From Mobula hypostoma (Eukaryota), in the NCBI RefSeq assembly GCF_963921235.1, contig NC_086097.1:11532001-11596000 (forward strand): DNA of 64,000 bases, in the 5' to 3' direction. How positions within the stretch are numbered: position 1 is the stretch's first letter; each line of letters opens with the position of its first letter. The notes beneath the pieces are model-generated. The model did no database searches, was not told the origin of the DNA, and worked only from the letters and a program-made list of their open reading frames with translations. Below are positions 50,883 to 63,298 of this stretch, one piece after another. The position numbers and the translations under genes were made by a program.

Positions 50883-52288
50883 ATCAGAATCAGGTTTCAT
50901 ATCACCAACATATATCGTGAAGTTTGTTAACTCATTGGCACCAGTTCAAGGTAATACATAATAAATATCGAAAAAAGGTAAATCAATTACAATAAGCATA
51001 TATATGTATACTAAATAGTTAAATTTAAAATAATGCAAAAACAGAAATAATAAAAAAGTGAGGTAGTGTTCATGGGTTCAATGTCATTTACGAGTCAAAT
51101 GGGATAGGGAAGAAGCTGTTTCAGATTTGCTGAGTGTGTGCCTTTAGGCTTCTGTACCTCTTTCGTGCTGTTAACAATGAGAAGAGGGCGTGTCCTGGGT
51201 GATGGGAGTCTTTAATAATGGACGCCACCTTTCTGAGGCACCACTCCTTGAAGATGTCTTGGATACTATGGAGGCTAGTACCCAAGATGGAAAAATGTCT
51301 AAGTTTACAACTTTCTGAGGCTTCTTTGGATCCTGTGCAGTAGCGTCCCTCTCCCATGCAGCCTGTCAGAATGCTTTCCAAATGTTTTAGGTGACAAACC
51401 AAATCTCCTCAACTCCTAATGAAATATTGCTGCTGTCATACCTTCTTTAAAGCTGCATCAGTAAGTTGGGACCAGGTTAGATCCTCAGAGATCTTGTCAC
51501 TCAGGAACTTGAAACTGCCTCACTCTCCACTTCTGATCCTTCTTTGAGGATTGGTTTGTGTTCCCTTGTCCTATACTTTCCTAAGTCCACAATCTGCTCT
51601 TTGGTCTTGCTCACATTGAATACAAAGTTGTGGCTGCGTCACACTCAACTAACTGTATAGGTATATCTCGCTTCTATACACCCTCTCATCTCTATCTCAG
51701 ATTCTGCCAACAATGTTTGCATCATCAGCTAATTTATAGATGGCACTTGAGCTATACCTGGCCACACTGTCTTGGGTATAGACAGAGTAGAGCAGTGGGC
51801 TAAGCACACATCCCTGAGGTGCACCAGCTTTGATTGTTAGCGAGAAGGAGGTATTTTTACCCATCTGAGCAGATTGTGGTCTTCCAGTTAGGAAGTTAAG
51901 GATCCAATTGCAGAAGAGGTACAGAGGCCCAGGTTCTGGACTGTAGGAATGATGGTGTTAAACGCCGAACTATAGCCAATGAACAGCATCCTGACATAAG
52001 TGTTTGTGTTGCCCAGGTGACCTAAGCCCATGTGAAGGGCTATTGAGATTGTGTCTGCCGTAGACCTATTGAAGCGATAAGCCAATTTCAGTGGGTCCAG
52101 GTTCTTGCTGAGGCAGGAGTTGATTCTAGCCATGACCAACCTGTCAAAGCATTTCAACAATGTAGACATGAGCGCTATTTGATGATAGTCACTGAGGCAG
52201 CTCACACTGCCCTTATTGGGCACTGGTATAGTTTTTGGCCTTTTGAAGCAGGTGGGAACTTCGGACTGTAGCAGTGTGAGGTTGAACA
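50883..52288 (-). mobile_element. Rex1/Babar LINE (RT plus 3' UTR) inserted in Gypsy pol
   Basis: [50 protein letters not shown]. Confidence 0.88.
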
Positions 52289-52820
52289 GTGTTGTGATTT
52301 TGGAGATTTTCCTTGTCATCTTTACTGGTAACGATGATGCCATCCAGGTAACACTGAGTGCCTGGCAACTTAGCAGCACCTGGTCCAGGGGCTTCTGCCA
52401 GAGTGCAGGTTCAGATGCCTCTCCAAAAAATAAGCCTATTACTGTATAGTGATAAAGCCCTTTATGAGCGTTTATGGTGAGAAATACCTCAAACTCTTCT
52501 TCCATCTCCATCTGTAGGTAGGCCTCAGCTAAGTCTACTTTACTTAAGTGTTTCCCTCCAGAAACATTCTCAAAGATATCCTGTATCCTCAGCAGAGGGT
52601 ATTGATTGAGCTTTAGTGCTGAGTTGATGGTGACTTTAAAATCACCACAGATCCTGACAGGCCCATTTTTCTTGGCTACTAGGACCACTGGCTTTGCTAA
52701 TGAAAGAATTCCTTCAGCCTCCATGAAATATAGCTCACTGGCTACTTTATCACGGATGGTATAGGAACTAGATGGGCTTTGCTAAACTTGGGTGTGGCAT
52801 TTTCATTTAACACTATTATA

Positions 52821-55800
52821 CAGGTCAGGTCAGGTCAGGGCCTTGCACCACGTAGCCCAGTACTACCTGTCTTGGGTCGGGTTGTCAGCGACTCAGCCGG
52901 CACACCCCCTGGTGCACTTTGGTTAACCAGAGAGGAGGGTGTGTAGGCACCCAGTAGGACTAAAAACAAAACCTGTCAAAGGGCAGATGAACTCTTTGTG
53001 AGTCAACGGCCACCTACTGTCTGTGTGAGGAGTGGCGCACCACACAGTCTTCCATTTCGCGCCTTGTAAGGCATTATGATGACAGACAACCCAACAAACC
53101 CTATACTTCCAGACCCGGGAGTGCTCAGGAACTCCACAGAACGCCCAGACCCTGGCCGAGACAGGCAGTATGAAGATGCAACCACAAATCCTACGGAGAG
53201 GGTTAAGTCCGACAAGGGGGCTGAGCGAACTGCGCCTCTTTTGCATTGTAAGGTAAAAACGATCATATCAACCTTCAACATAAACACCATCTGCCTCTTG
53301 CCTCGAAGCACAGAGTTGGCATCACAGGCAAGCAGATATGAGATCTCTATCCTGGGGATCCAAGAACACTGTCATGTACACCCTGACGAAGAAATAAGGT
53401 TCACAGAGGTAGAGGGGATGCACCTCATCACCTCATCCGCATGGAGAGAGCTGATGACGATGTCAGCACAAGGTGGAGCAGGGCTGATGGTGAACAGCAA
53501 GGCGAAGGAGGCACTGAGGGGCGTCGTCTCAGTCTGTGACAGAATCCTTACTACAGAATTCGACGGAAACCCGGCGACCTCTGTCATCACCTGTTACTCC
53601 CCGCACAACCGCAGCGAGGAGAAGGAGGTGGAGGCCTTCTACAGTAAACTTCACGAAGCTGTCACTTCAATACCGGCACATAACTTCCTGGCTGTGCTCA
53701 GCGCTTTTAATGCCCAGGTCAGACTGGAAGATGTTCCATACTCATACCAAGACTTTACCAACAGAAGTGGACAATATCTAGTTGATTTCATCCAGGAACA
53801 CAGTCTCATTGCCGCCAACACACAATTCAAGAAGCGAGCTGGTAAACTGTGAACGTACGAACACAGAGCCTCCATCTACAGGAAACAGGTCGATTACATC
53901 CTCGTTAAGAACAAAATGGCGTAATTGTGTGATCAACACAGAAGCCTACAGCACCTTCAACTCGGTCAGTTCTGATCACAGAGTAGTGTCAATGCAAGTG
54001 AGACTGAGCCTGCGGCAACCCAAAGCCACAGGTCCCAAGGAGAAGATAGACTGGAAGGCATTCTCCTCACAACTTGTTCTTCAAGCCCAGTACACAGTGG
54101 GGGTGAGAAATTGCTTCAGCCCACCGGAAAGGGGGGGAGGAAGAGACTGCCACTGACCACTATCAATGGCTCATAGACGCACACACAGATGCAACAAAGA
54201 GTTTCCCTACTGTGAAGCGAATCAAGAAGAGTCAGATCTCAAAACATCCTGATGTCGTCGCAGCAAGAAGTGTGGTCCATGCTTGTCATGCTGAACTTAG
54301 AAGGAGTGAAACAGAGGAGCTAAGAGATAAGTTCAAGACAGCAAAGAAGAATCTCTTTGCCACCTACGACTGACTGAAGGAAGAGGAACTAGCTGAGAGG
54401 ATTAGAGAGACAGAAGCTGCTAATGAAGACATGCAGCATGGAGAAGCATGGTGCCTAGTCAATGAGATCAGTAGACGGAAGAAGTCCCCATTAGATCAAA
54501 TAAGTGGTAAAACAGCAGAAGACCGCGTCCTGACATGGTTTACCCACTTTAAGAACCTGCGGGGAAGCCCTCCAATGATCACGGAAGAAGAAGACATACG
54601 CACGATACTAACGCAAGTCGACATCGATGACAGCCCATTCACTATTGAGGAACTGAAGAAGGCCAACTATGTGCTCAAACAGGGCAGGAGCACTGGACCA
54701 GATCGGATACCACCAGATGTCCTGAAGAACTGCGACCTGGATGACATCTTGCTGGACATATGTAATACGGCATTGCGTAAAAAGCCGACAAACCAGAACA
54801 GTGGTCACTCTCAAACATTATCCCAGTCCCCAAGTCTGGATCCCTCACAAAGACAGATAACTACTGCGGTATCAGCTTGACCTGCATTTTAGCAAAATTA
54901 TACAATCGGATGATCTTGAACAGGATTCGCACCGCCATTGACCCTAAGCTAAGATTAAATCAGAATTGTTTTCGGCAGAAGCGCACAACAGTAATGCAAA
55001 TACTTGCTCTCCGTAGGATCATTGAGGAAGTCAAGAAGAACAACCTACCAGCCATGCTTACTTACATCGATTTTCGCAAAGCTTTTGACTCCATTCATCG
55101 AGGTAAAATGCTGAAGATCCTGAAAGCTTACGGAGTGCCAGGCCATCTACTGAGGGCAATAGAGCCCAGCTATACCAAGACAATGGCGAAAGTTGTATCA
55201 CCAGACAGAGAAGCAGCAGTGTTCGAGCTCCTAGCTGGTGTGCTGCAAGGAGACACTCTGGCACCCTACATCTTTATAATCGTCCTTGATTACGCTCTGC
55301 GTCAAGCTACCAAAGATCATGACAAGCTTGGTTTTACTATAAAACCAGGGCGAACCAAAAGGGTCAGACCAGTTACGCTCACAGATCTCGATTTTGCAGA
55401 TGACAAAGTCCTGCTCTCTGACCAGATGGAGGAAGCACAGCAGCTACTGACAAAAGTGGAAAAGTGCAATAAAGTTGAACTTCACCCAAACGCTAAAAAG
55501 ACAATGGTGTTTAGCTGGGACAAAGGTACTCTCAAGACCATAGAGAATGATACCATTAAGAAAGTCTTTGACTATAAGTACCTTGGGTCAAGAATGATGA
55601 GTTCAGGGAAGGACATAAAGGTACGGAAGGCGCTGGCGTGAAGGGCTATGAACGACATGAAGGAAATCTGGAAGTCAAACCTGACCAGAGGGCTTAAAAG
55701 GAGGATTTTCATAGCAGTCACAGAGTCCATTCTCACATACGGATGCGAGACGTGGACACTCACCAAGACGATGCGAAAGTCTCTAGATGGTTGCTATACA

Positions 55801-56155
55801 CGAATGCTCCAGATGGCTCTTGATGTGAGTTGGCAACAGCACATGACGAACGTTGAGCTCTATAACAACCTACCGATGCTCTCCACTAAAATCGAGGCGA
55901 GAAGACTGCAATTAGCGGGGCACTGTCTACGCCACCCCGAGCTACCTGCCAGCCTAGTCATCATATGGGAGCCCAAGAATGGTAGGATGAACCCTGGGTG
56001 CCCTCCCAAGACTATGGTCTACACGCTCCTAGAAGACAGCGGTGTGGCTAATGTAGATGAACTGAACACACTGATGAGGGAAAAGGAGAAGTGGAGGGTC
56101 TGTCATCGTGCCCGACGCCGGCCCCCGGGCCTGAGTCGACATAGTGGTAGTAGTA
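52821..56155 (+). mobile_element. Near full-length RTE-superfamily LINE (single EN-RT ORF, disrupted)
   Basis: 5' UTR; EN ISTFNINT, LGIQEH, CYSPHN, FNAQV, SDHR; RT FRQKRTT, DFRKAFDSI, GVLQGDTLAP, DFADD, YLGS; (AGT)n tail. Gypsy sequence resumes at 56156. Confidence 0.92.
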
Positions 56156-56209
56156 CCCTTGATAATTTTGAGTTTTCCACTGCCATCTTTGAATGCTGCT
56201 GTGTCACGT

Positions 56210-57351
56210 TAGAAACATAGAAACATAGAAAACAGGTGCAGGAGTAGGCCATTCGGCCCTTCGAGCCTGCACCACCATTTATTATGATCATAGAAACATA
56301 GAAACATAGAAAATAGGTGCAGGAGTAGGCCATTCGGCCCTTCGAGCCTGCACCGCCATTTATTATGATCATAGAAACATAGAAAATAGGTGCAGGAGTA
56401 GGCCATTTGGCCCTTCAAGCCTGCACCGCCATTTATTATGATCATGGCTGATCATCCAACTCAGAACCCCGCCCCAGCCTTCCCTCCATACCCCCTGATC
56501 CCCGTAGCCACAAGGGCCATATCTAACTCTCTCTTAAATATAGCCAATGAACTGGCCTCAACTGTTTCCTGTGGCAGAGAATTCCACGGATTCACCACTC
56601 TCTGTGTGAAGAAGTTTTTCCGAATCTCGGTCCTAAAAGGCTTCCCCTTTATCCTCAAACTGTGACCCCTTGTTCTGGACTTCCCCAACATCGGGAACAA
56701 TCTTCCTGCATCTAGCCCGTCCAATCCTTTTAGGATTTTATACGTTTCAATCAGATCCCCCCTCAATCTTCTAAATTCCAACGAGTACAAGCCCAGTTCA
56801 TCCAGTCTTTCTTCATATGAAAGTCCTGCCATCCCAGGAATCAATCTGGTGAACCTTCTTTGCACTCCCTCTATGGCAAGAATGTCTTTCCTTAGATTAG
56901 GGGACCAAAACTGCACACAATACTCCAGGTGTGGCCTCACCAAGGCCTTGTACAACTGCAGTAGTACCTCCCTGCTCCTGTACTCGAATCCTCTCGCTAT
57001 AAATGCCAGCATACCATTCGCCTTTTTCACCACCTGCTGTACCTGCATGCCCACTTTCAATGACTGGTGTATAATGACACCCAGGTCTCGTTGCACCTCC
57101 CCTTTTCCTAATCGGCCACCATTCAGATAATAATCTGTTTTCCTATTTTTGCCACCAAAGTGGATAACTTCACATTTATCCACATTAATTTGCATCTGCC
57201 ATGAATTTGCCCACTCACCCAACCTATCCAAGTCACTCTGCATCCTCTTAGCATCCTCCTTACAGCTAACACTGCCACCCAGCTTCGTGTCATCCGCAAA
57301 CTTGGAGATGCTGCATTTAATTCCCTCATCCAAGTCATTAATATATATTGT
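56210..57351 (-). mobile_element. Young 5'-truncated CR1 with triplicated 3' terminus
   Basis: 290-aa open frame nearly identical to the C-terminal part of ORF 33259-34623; three copies of the terminal ~75-80 nt at 56210-56444. Confidence 0.95.
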
Positions 57352-59289
57352 TGACTCTTTTGCTGGGGATGTGACATGCTAATGGTGGATAGATCTGCAG
57401 TGAAATTGTACTTGACTCAGCCAATCCAGGCCCCTCCATGCTGGCCCTCCTGTATTTACCACAAATAAACCCAATATGGTTTGTCAGTTATTCTATTTCA
57501 CTGTTAAATATGTCATTCTCACAGGAGTTACCTTTTCCCCCATGTAAGTTTTCGGTTGGACATCTGCAAACTTCAGTTCAGTATCTTTGAAATGCTATTC
57601 AAACTCATTTTGTGAAATGTCTGAAACAGCCGAGCCAGTGTCCAACTCCATTTTAATTAATATGCCGTTTACTTCCATATTGCTTGACTATTGTTAGTTT
57701 TCACACGTAAATCTTAAAGCTTCACAGTTCTGTGTCATTCTCATCCTTATCAGATTTTTCATCAAGAGCATGCAGATTAGTGTTCATTTGACTTTTTAGC
57801 TGTTTCTCGGGGGGGGGGCAAAGAGATTGTTGGATGGATGGGAGAAGTCACTGATGATGTTAAGGGCCCTCTGTATGCAGCGTTTCTGATAATATCTGAT
57901 CTGAAAGTACTTTCCTGGAATATAACTTAAAGTATAAACCTTCCTATACCAACTTGAATGCTGGATGTTTTAAATTTTATGTTATGGCAGAACATTTCCA
58001 AGTCAAACTACATTTTGAATAACAAAAAAAGTGGCAATGTTGTTAACTGCATTTTTCGCGTGAAGCTGCTATTTTATCGCAGTACTGAAGATCTTGAGGA
58101 GCTGTTGGATTGATTCTTTTGTTGCTTATAATATGTGCATTTCAGAGAGAACTAAATACAGATGGAGATGGAAGTAAAAGGATGGATGAGCTATGGATTG
58201 ATGCTTTCAGACCCCAGGGGAACTCAGTGATATTCGTCTGAAACAGCAGATAAGAAACACAAGCATGTGTCATCTGTAAAGCACAAGAACAGCGAGTTTA
58301 ACCTTTTAAAAATAGCAGAACCATTCCTCCAAAAAATATATACAATATTTGGTTTATTCAGGACATACGTTGTGAAAGTGGAAATATACTGCAACCGTGT
58401 AGATTTTCAAAATTCAACAATAGCAAGATTAAAGATATCCAATTAGTAGCAGTAATAATAGAAAACATGAATATTTCGAAAGCTGCAAAAGAAATTAACT
58501 ACATCAAGGATTAATGGATTTGATGAACAGATTGCTGGCCTATATATGATGTGCAGAAAGTGATCCGTCAAGGTCAGTATGCACAGGGTATTTCAGACAT
58601 TAGTTTACATTAAATGAATCAGCTGTTGGTTCTTAAAGTGATTTTTTTTGTGCATGTGTGATCACCGAAGTAAAGGACATTGATACCGTGAGATTGATTT
58701 TTTTTTTACACACATTTCATCCAGTCATAGCATTGTGCACACATTTAGATCAGGGATGACTTTCAGTTATCAGCAATATCAAATTTGCTCTTAGAAGTGT
58801 CCAACTATTCCATGCTCATCAGTGTGGATCCATTCTTACTCAGAACAGATTTATACACTCAGTGTCCACTTTATTAGGTACACCTTTATACCTGCTTGTT
58901 AATTCAAAAACAATACTGCTTTACATTCAGCATTGAAATCCAGCTAATCAGGAAGTAAGAGCAGTACTACCATCTGCTATCAATATCCTGATGCTTTTTT
59001 ATAATTTAAAGAATAACATCTGATTTTTTTTTTTGTAAAGTGATTTAGGTGAATTTCTGAGCCTACCCATGTAAGATCCTGAAGGAGTCATTATAACTAA
59101 ATCAGTAAAAAAAAAATCAAAGGATTACAGTCATGTTTGTCAATTAACAAGAAGAATACTTTGGTGGCTGACATAATATCAAAATCATTTTTCTGATATT
59201 TTTAAATGCTTTATAAGTCAAGCTCTAGAAATATCAGTTAATTAAATTTCATTAATGTGAATGACCTATAGAGATCAGTAGCCCCTCCA

Positions 59290-60745
59290 TATCAAAGTTC
59301 AAAGTAAATTTATCAAAGTGCATAGGCATCACCATAAACAACTAAGAGATTCATTTTCTTGTAGGCATTCACAGTAACCACAAGAAACACAATAGAATCA
59401 ATGTAAGACCATACCCAATAAGATGGACAACAACCAATGGGGCAAAAACAACAAACTGTGCAAATATAAAAAGAAAAAGAAAATAATAATAATAGTAATA
59501 ATAATAATAATAATAACAACAACAATAATAATAATAAAAATAATAATGATAGTAATTGTAATAGTGAAATGAAGGCTCTTTGAAAGTGAGTCCAGAGGTT
59601 GTGGGAACAGTCAGTGATAGGATGAGTGAAGATCAGTGAATTTATCCCATCTAGTTCAAGAGCCTGATTGTTGAGGGGTAATAACTGTTCCTGAACTTGG
59701 TGGTACCAGTCTTGAGGCTCCTGTACCTCCTTCCAGATAGCAGCAACGAGAACAGAACATGGCCTGGATGGTGCTTTCCAGCGACAGTGCTCCACGTAGA
59801 TGTGCTCAGTGGTAGATAGAGCTTCACCCATAATGGACTAGGCTGTATCCACTACTTTTTATAGCTTCTGCATAAAACAGCATTGGTGTTTTCATACCAG
59901 GCCATGATATAACCAGTCTATATACTGTCCACCCAACACTTATAAAAATTTGTCAAAGTTTTAGAGGGCATGCCAAATCGTTGGAAACCTCTAAGAAAGT
60001 AGAGGCGGTTCTGCTTCTTCGTAAATGGAACTTACTTGCTGGACCTCTGAAATGATAACCCCGAGGAATTTAAGTTGACGACTTTCTCCGCCTCTGATCG
60101 GCAGATGAGGAATGGATCATGGACCTCTGTTTTCCTCCTCCTGAAGTCAGTGATCATCTCCATGGTCTTGCTGACATTGAATGAGTAGTTGTTGTTGTTG
60201 CATGGCTCAACCAGATTTTCAGTCTCCTTCCTATGTGCAGATTCATCGTCACCTTTGACTCTGTCAATGAGAGTGGTGTTGTTGACTAGTTTAAATACAG
60301 AATTGGAGCTGTGCTTACCCTCAAAGTCATAAGTATAAAGTGAGTACAGCAGAGCTCACAGCCTTGTGGTGCACCTATGCTGAGAGAGATTGGGGAGGGG
60401 AGATGTCAGACCATGATGCAACCAGTTAGAACTATCTCCATGGTACATATGTAGAAATTTGCCAGTCTTTGATGACATACCAAGTTTCCTCGAGCACCTA
60501 ATAAAATATATCCACTGTTGTGCCTTCCTTGTAATTGCATCCATATGTTGGGCTCAAGATAGATCTTCAGGGATGTTGACACCAAGGAGCTTGAAGCTCT
60601 TCACTCTTTCCACAGCTGATCCATCAAGGAGGACTGGTGTGTGTTGCCTCGACTTCCCCTTCCTGAAGTCGTCAATCATTTCCTTGGTCTTACAGGCATT
60701 GAGTGCAAGGTTGTTGTTGTGACACCACTCAATCAGCTAATCTAT
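59290..60745 (-). mobile_element. Cluster of Rex1/Babar fragments
   Basis: Family tail (plus strand aagttcaaagtaaatttatc) and KAQQWIYFIRCSRKLG-type remnants. Confidence 0.75.
59482..59563. repeat. (AAT)n imperfect microsatellite
   Basis: aataataataatagtaataataat...; source of the poly-Leu run in ORF 59313-59831. Confidence 0.9.
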
Positions 60746-60994
60746 CTTACTGAACCTGGTGGTGCAGGTCTTGAGGCTTCTTGAGGTGCTTGTGCAGAAG
60801 TGAGATACCATAGTGTAGTAGGAGTTATCATATCTATTTTAAAACCAACTGATCAAAATGGTGACTGATGAAAAGTTTGCCCTTGATGTACTTGTATAAA
60901 AGACATGCTTCACTATGGTAACAATGGAAAAGTAATGATTTATCTGAAATAATAATCATAGTTTTCAATTATGCAGCTGTCACCTGAATACTAA

Positions 60995-61521
60995 AATATA
61001 CCCTCTTGTACCTGATAAAAGCACCTCCTAGTGTATGTATGTGGTCTTTTGCTGTAGCCCACCCACTTCAAGCTTCGATGTGTTGCATGTTCAGAGATGT
61101 TCTCCACACTGGTGTTGTAATGTGTAGTTATTTCAGTTTCTGTCACACTCCTGTCAGCTTGAACCAGTTTGGATATTCTGGTCTGACCTCTCTCATTAAA
61201 GGGCATTTTCATCCACAGAATTGACACTCACTGAATGTTTCTTGTTTCTCTCATCATTCTCTGTAAACTCGAGAGATGGCTATGCATGAAAATCCCAGGA
61301 GATCAGCAGTTTCTGAGATACTCAAACCACCCTGTCTGGCACCAGCAATCATTCCATGGTCAAAGTCCACAGATCGCATTTCTTCCCCAATCAGATGAAT
61401 AACAGCTGATCTTCTTGACCATGGCTGCATGTTTTTAGGCCTTGAGTTGCTGCCACATGATTAGCTGATTAGATATTTGCATTACTGAGCAGGTGTATCT
61501 AATAAAGTGACCGCTGACTGT
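60995..61521 (-). mobile_element. Tc1/mariner non-autonomous element (same family as 38077-39040)
   Basis: TIR remnant tctaataaagtgaccgctgactg|ta; transposase remnant ERGQTRISKLVQADRSVT..EITTHYN. A further TIR fragment lies at 58856-58905. Confidence 0.8.
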
Positions 61522-62104
61522 ATGAAAATTCTGTGGAGCTCATTATATGAATTGAAAGATGGCATGGCGTGGATGAAAGGAAAATGCAGAAAATTCTGCT
61601 TCCATGATTTCCTTGGCGTAAAAGTAATTGCTTGGACTGACTGAATTGGTAAGTCTCAAGTTCAACATCTCAGCTGGCAGGCCAGTCCACTGTTAGGGGA
61701 GTGGAGTACTCTCAATGATGGCACCTTTTGAATGCAATGTTCAACCAAGGCCCAGTCTAACTGCACTGAAGGTAAATGATCCCACAGAATGCTACTTTGA
61801 AGAAGATCAGGAAAGTTACTCCCAAACCTGAGCAGTATTTATCCACTTACTGACATTGAGTTGTTGAAGAAATAGTACATACAGAAAGGTGCCAGAGAAA
61901 GGTACCATCATGAAGCATTCCCACCCACCCTGCTCATGGAGGGGGCTACATAGCATGCACGCCAGGACCACTGGACTCAAAAACAGTTACTTTCCCCAAG
62001 TAGTAACACTGATCAACACCTCCACCAACTGACTCATCCCATCACCACCCCAACCACCACAACTTTATCATTACCTGTCATAGTCACCTCACAAGTCCAT
62101 AAGA

Positions 62105-62748
62105 CATTGAATTGAATTGACTTTATCTCTTACATCCTTCGCATACATGAAGAGCAAAAATCTTTACGCTACGTCTCCGTCTAAATGTGCAATGTGCAAT
62201 CATAGTAATTTATAATAATTTATAATAAATAGAACAGGCAATGTAAGATAGAAATACACTCCAGAGTGAGTTAATCAGTCTGATGGCCTGGTGGAAAAAG
62301 CTGTCCTGAAACCTGTTGGTCCTGGCCTTTATGCTGCGGTTCCCGTTTCCCAGATATTAGCAACTGGAATAGATTGTAGTTGGGGTGACTCGGGTCCCCA
62401 CTGATCCTTCGGGCCCTTTTTTCACACCTGTTTTGTAAGTGTCCTGATTCATGGGAAGTTCACAACTACAGATGCGCTGGGCTGTCCGCACCACTCTCTG
62501 CGGAATCCTATGATTAAGGGAGGTACAGTTCCCGTACCAGGCAGTGATGCAGACAGTCAGGATGCTCTCAATTATGCCCCTGTAGAAAGTTCTTAGGATC
62601 TGGGGGTACATACCAAACTTCCTCAATCATCTGAGGTGAAAGAGGCGTTGTTGTGGCTTTTCACCACACAGCTGGTGTGTACAGACCACATGAGGTCCTC
62701 AGTGATGTGGATGCCGAGCAACTTAAAGCTGTTTACCCTTTCAACTCT
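62105..62748 (-). mobile_element. Rex1/Babar 3' fragment
   Basis: RKFGMYPQILRTFYRGIIESILTVCITAWYGNC; (ATTGA)n tail. Confidence 0.85.
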
Positions 62749-62749
62749 A

Positions 62750-63225
62750 AAACCTCATCCTTAATAACACTTCCCCAGCCACTGAGGTTAGATTAACTGG
62801 CCTATAATTTCCTCTCTTTTGCCTTCCTTCTTAAATAGTGGAGTGACATTTGCAAATTTTCCATTCCTCTGGGACCTTGCAAGTATCAAGTGATTATTGA
62901 AAGATCATGACTAATGCATCCATTATCTCTTCAGCAACCTCTTTCAGGGTTCTGGGATGTCGTCCATCTGGACCAGGTGAATTACCCACCTTAAGAGTTT
63001 CAGTCTGCCTAGCCCTTTTTCCTTTGTAATAGCAATGGAACTCACTTCCACTCCCTGATACTCACAGACCTCTGGAATATAGCTGTTATCTTCCATAGCA
63101 AAGACTGAAGTAAAGTTCTTATTAAGTTCATCTGCCATTTCTTTGTTCTCCATTACTACCTCATCAGTATCATTTTCCAGTGGTCCAATATAAACTCTCA
63201 CCTCCCTTTTACTCTTTATATAACA
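62750..63225 (-). mobile_element. CR1 ORF2 fragment
   Basis: IGPLENDTDEVVMENKEMADELNKNFTSVF. Confidence 0.85.
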
Positions 63226-63298
63226 GTAACTTTACATACTTTTTATATAACTATTATGTACAGACACTCTTGTGCCTAGACTCATTTAATGAACATAC

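Larger units (their letters stand above)
48747..57810 (-). mobile_element. Decayed Gypsy/Ty3 LTR retrotransposon, fragmented by nested insertions
   Basis: Minus-strand order: protease LDTGSAVS (LDTGS at 57631-57645), RT GPVRICGDFKVTIN...KVDLAEAYLQ (52290-52820), SFLGFVNYYSRFLPNL and RNase H HGNADALS (~50400-50620), integrase zinc finger HQGVVRMKAL (~50080), polypurine tract aagcagggaagaa (~49552-49564), then the 3' LTR (~49548 to 48747). Confidence 0.88.

Noticed and set aside
51888..52724. 278-aa ORF resembling a novel double-RT protein
   Set aside because: Chance in-frame join of decayed Gypsy RT and the inserted Rex1 RT across the junction at ~52290.
52821..52980. HDV-like ribozyme at the RTE 5' end
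   Set aside because: Could not identify the P1/P1.1/P3/L3 arrangement; only a three-way junction fits.
56210..56444. CRISPR-like or small-RNA repeat array
   Set aside because: Units are copies of the CR1 3' UTR and tail.
59313..59831. Poly-Leu membrane protein ORF
   Set aside because: (TTA)n microsatellite within a Rex1 3' UTR.
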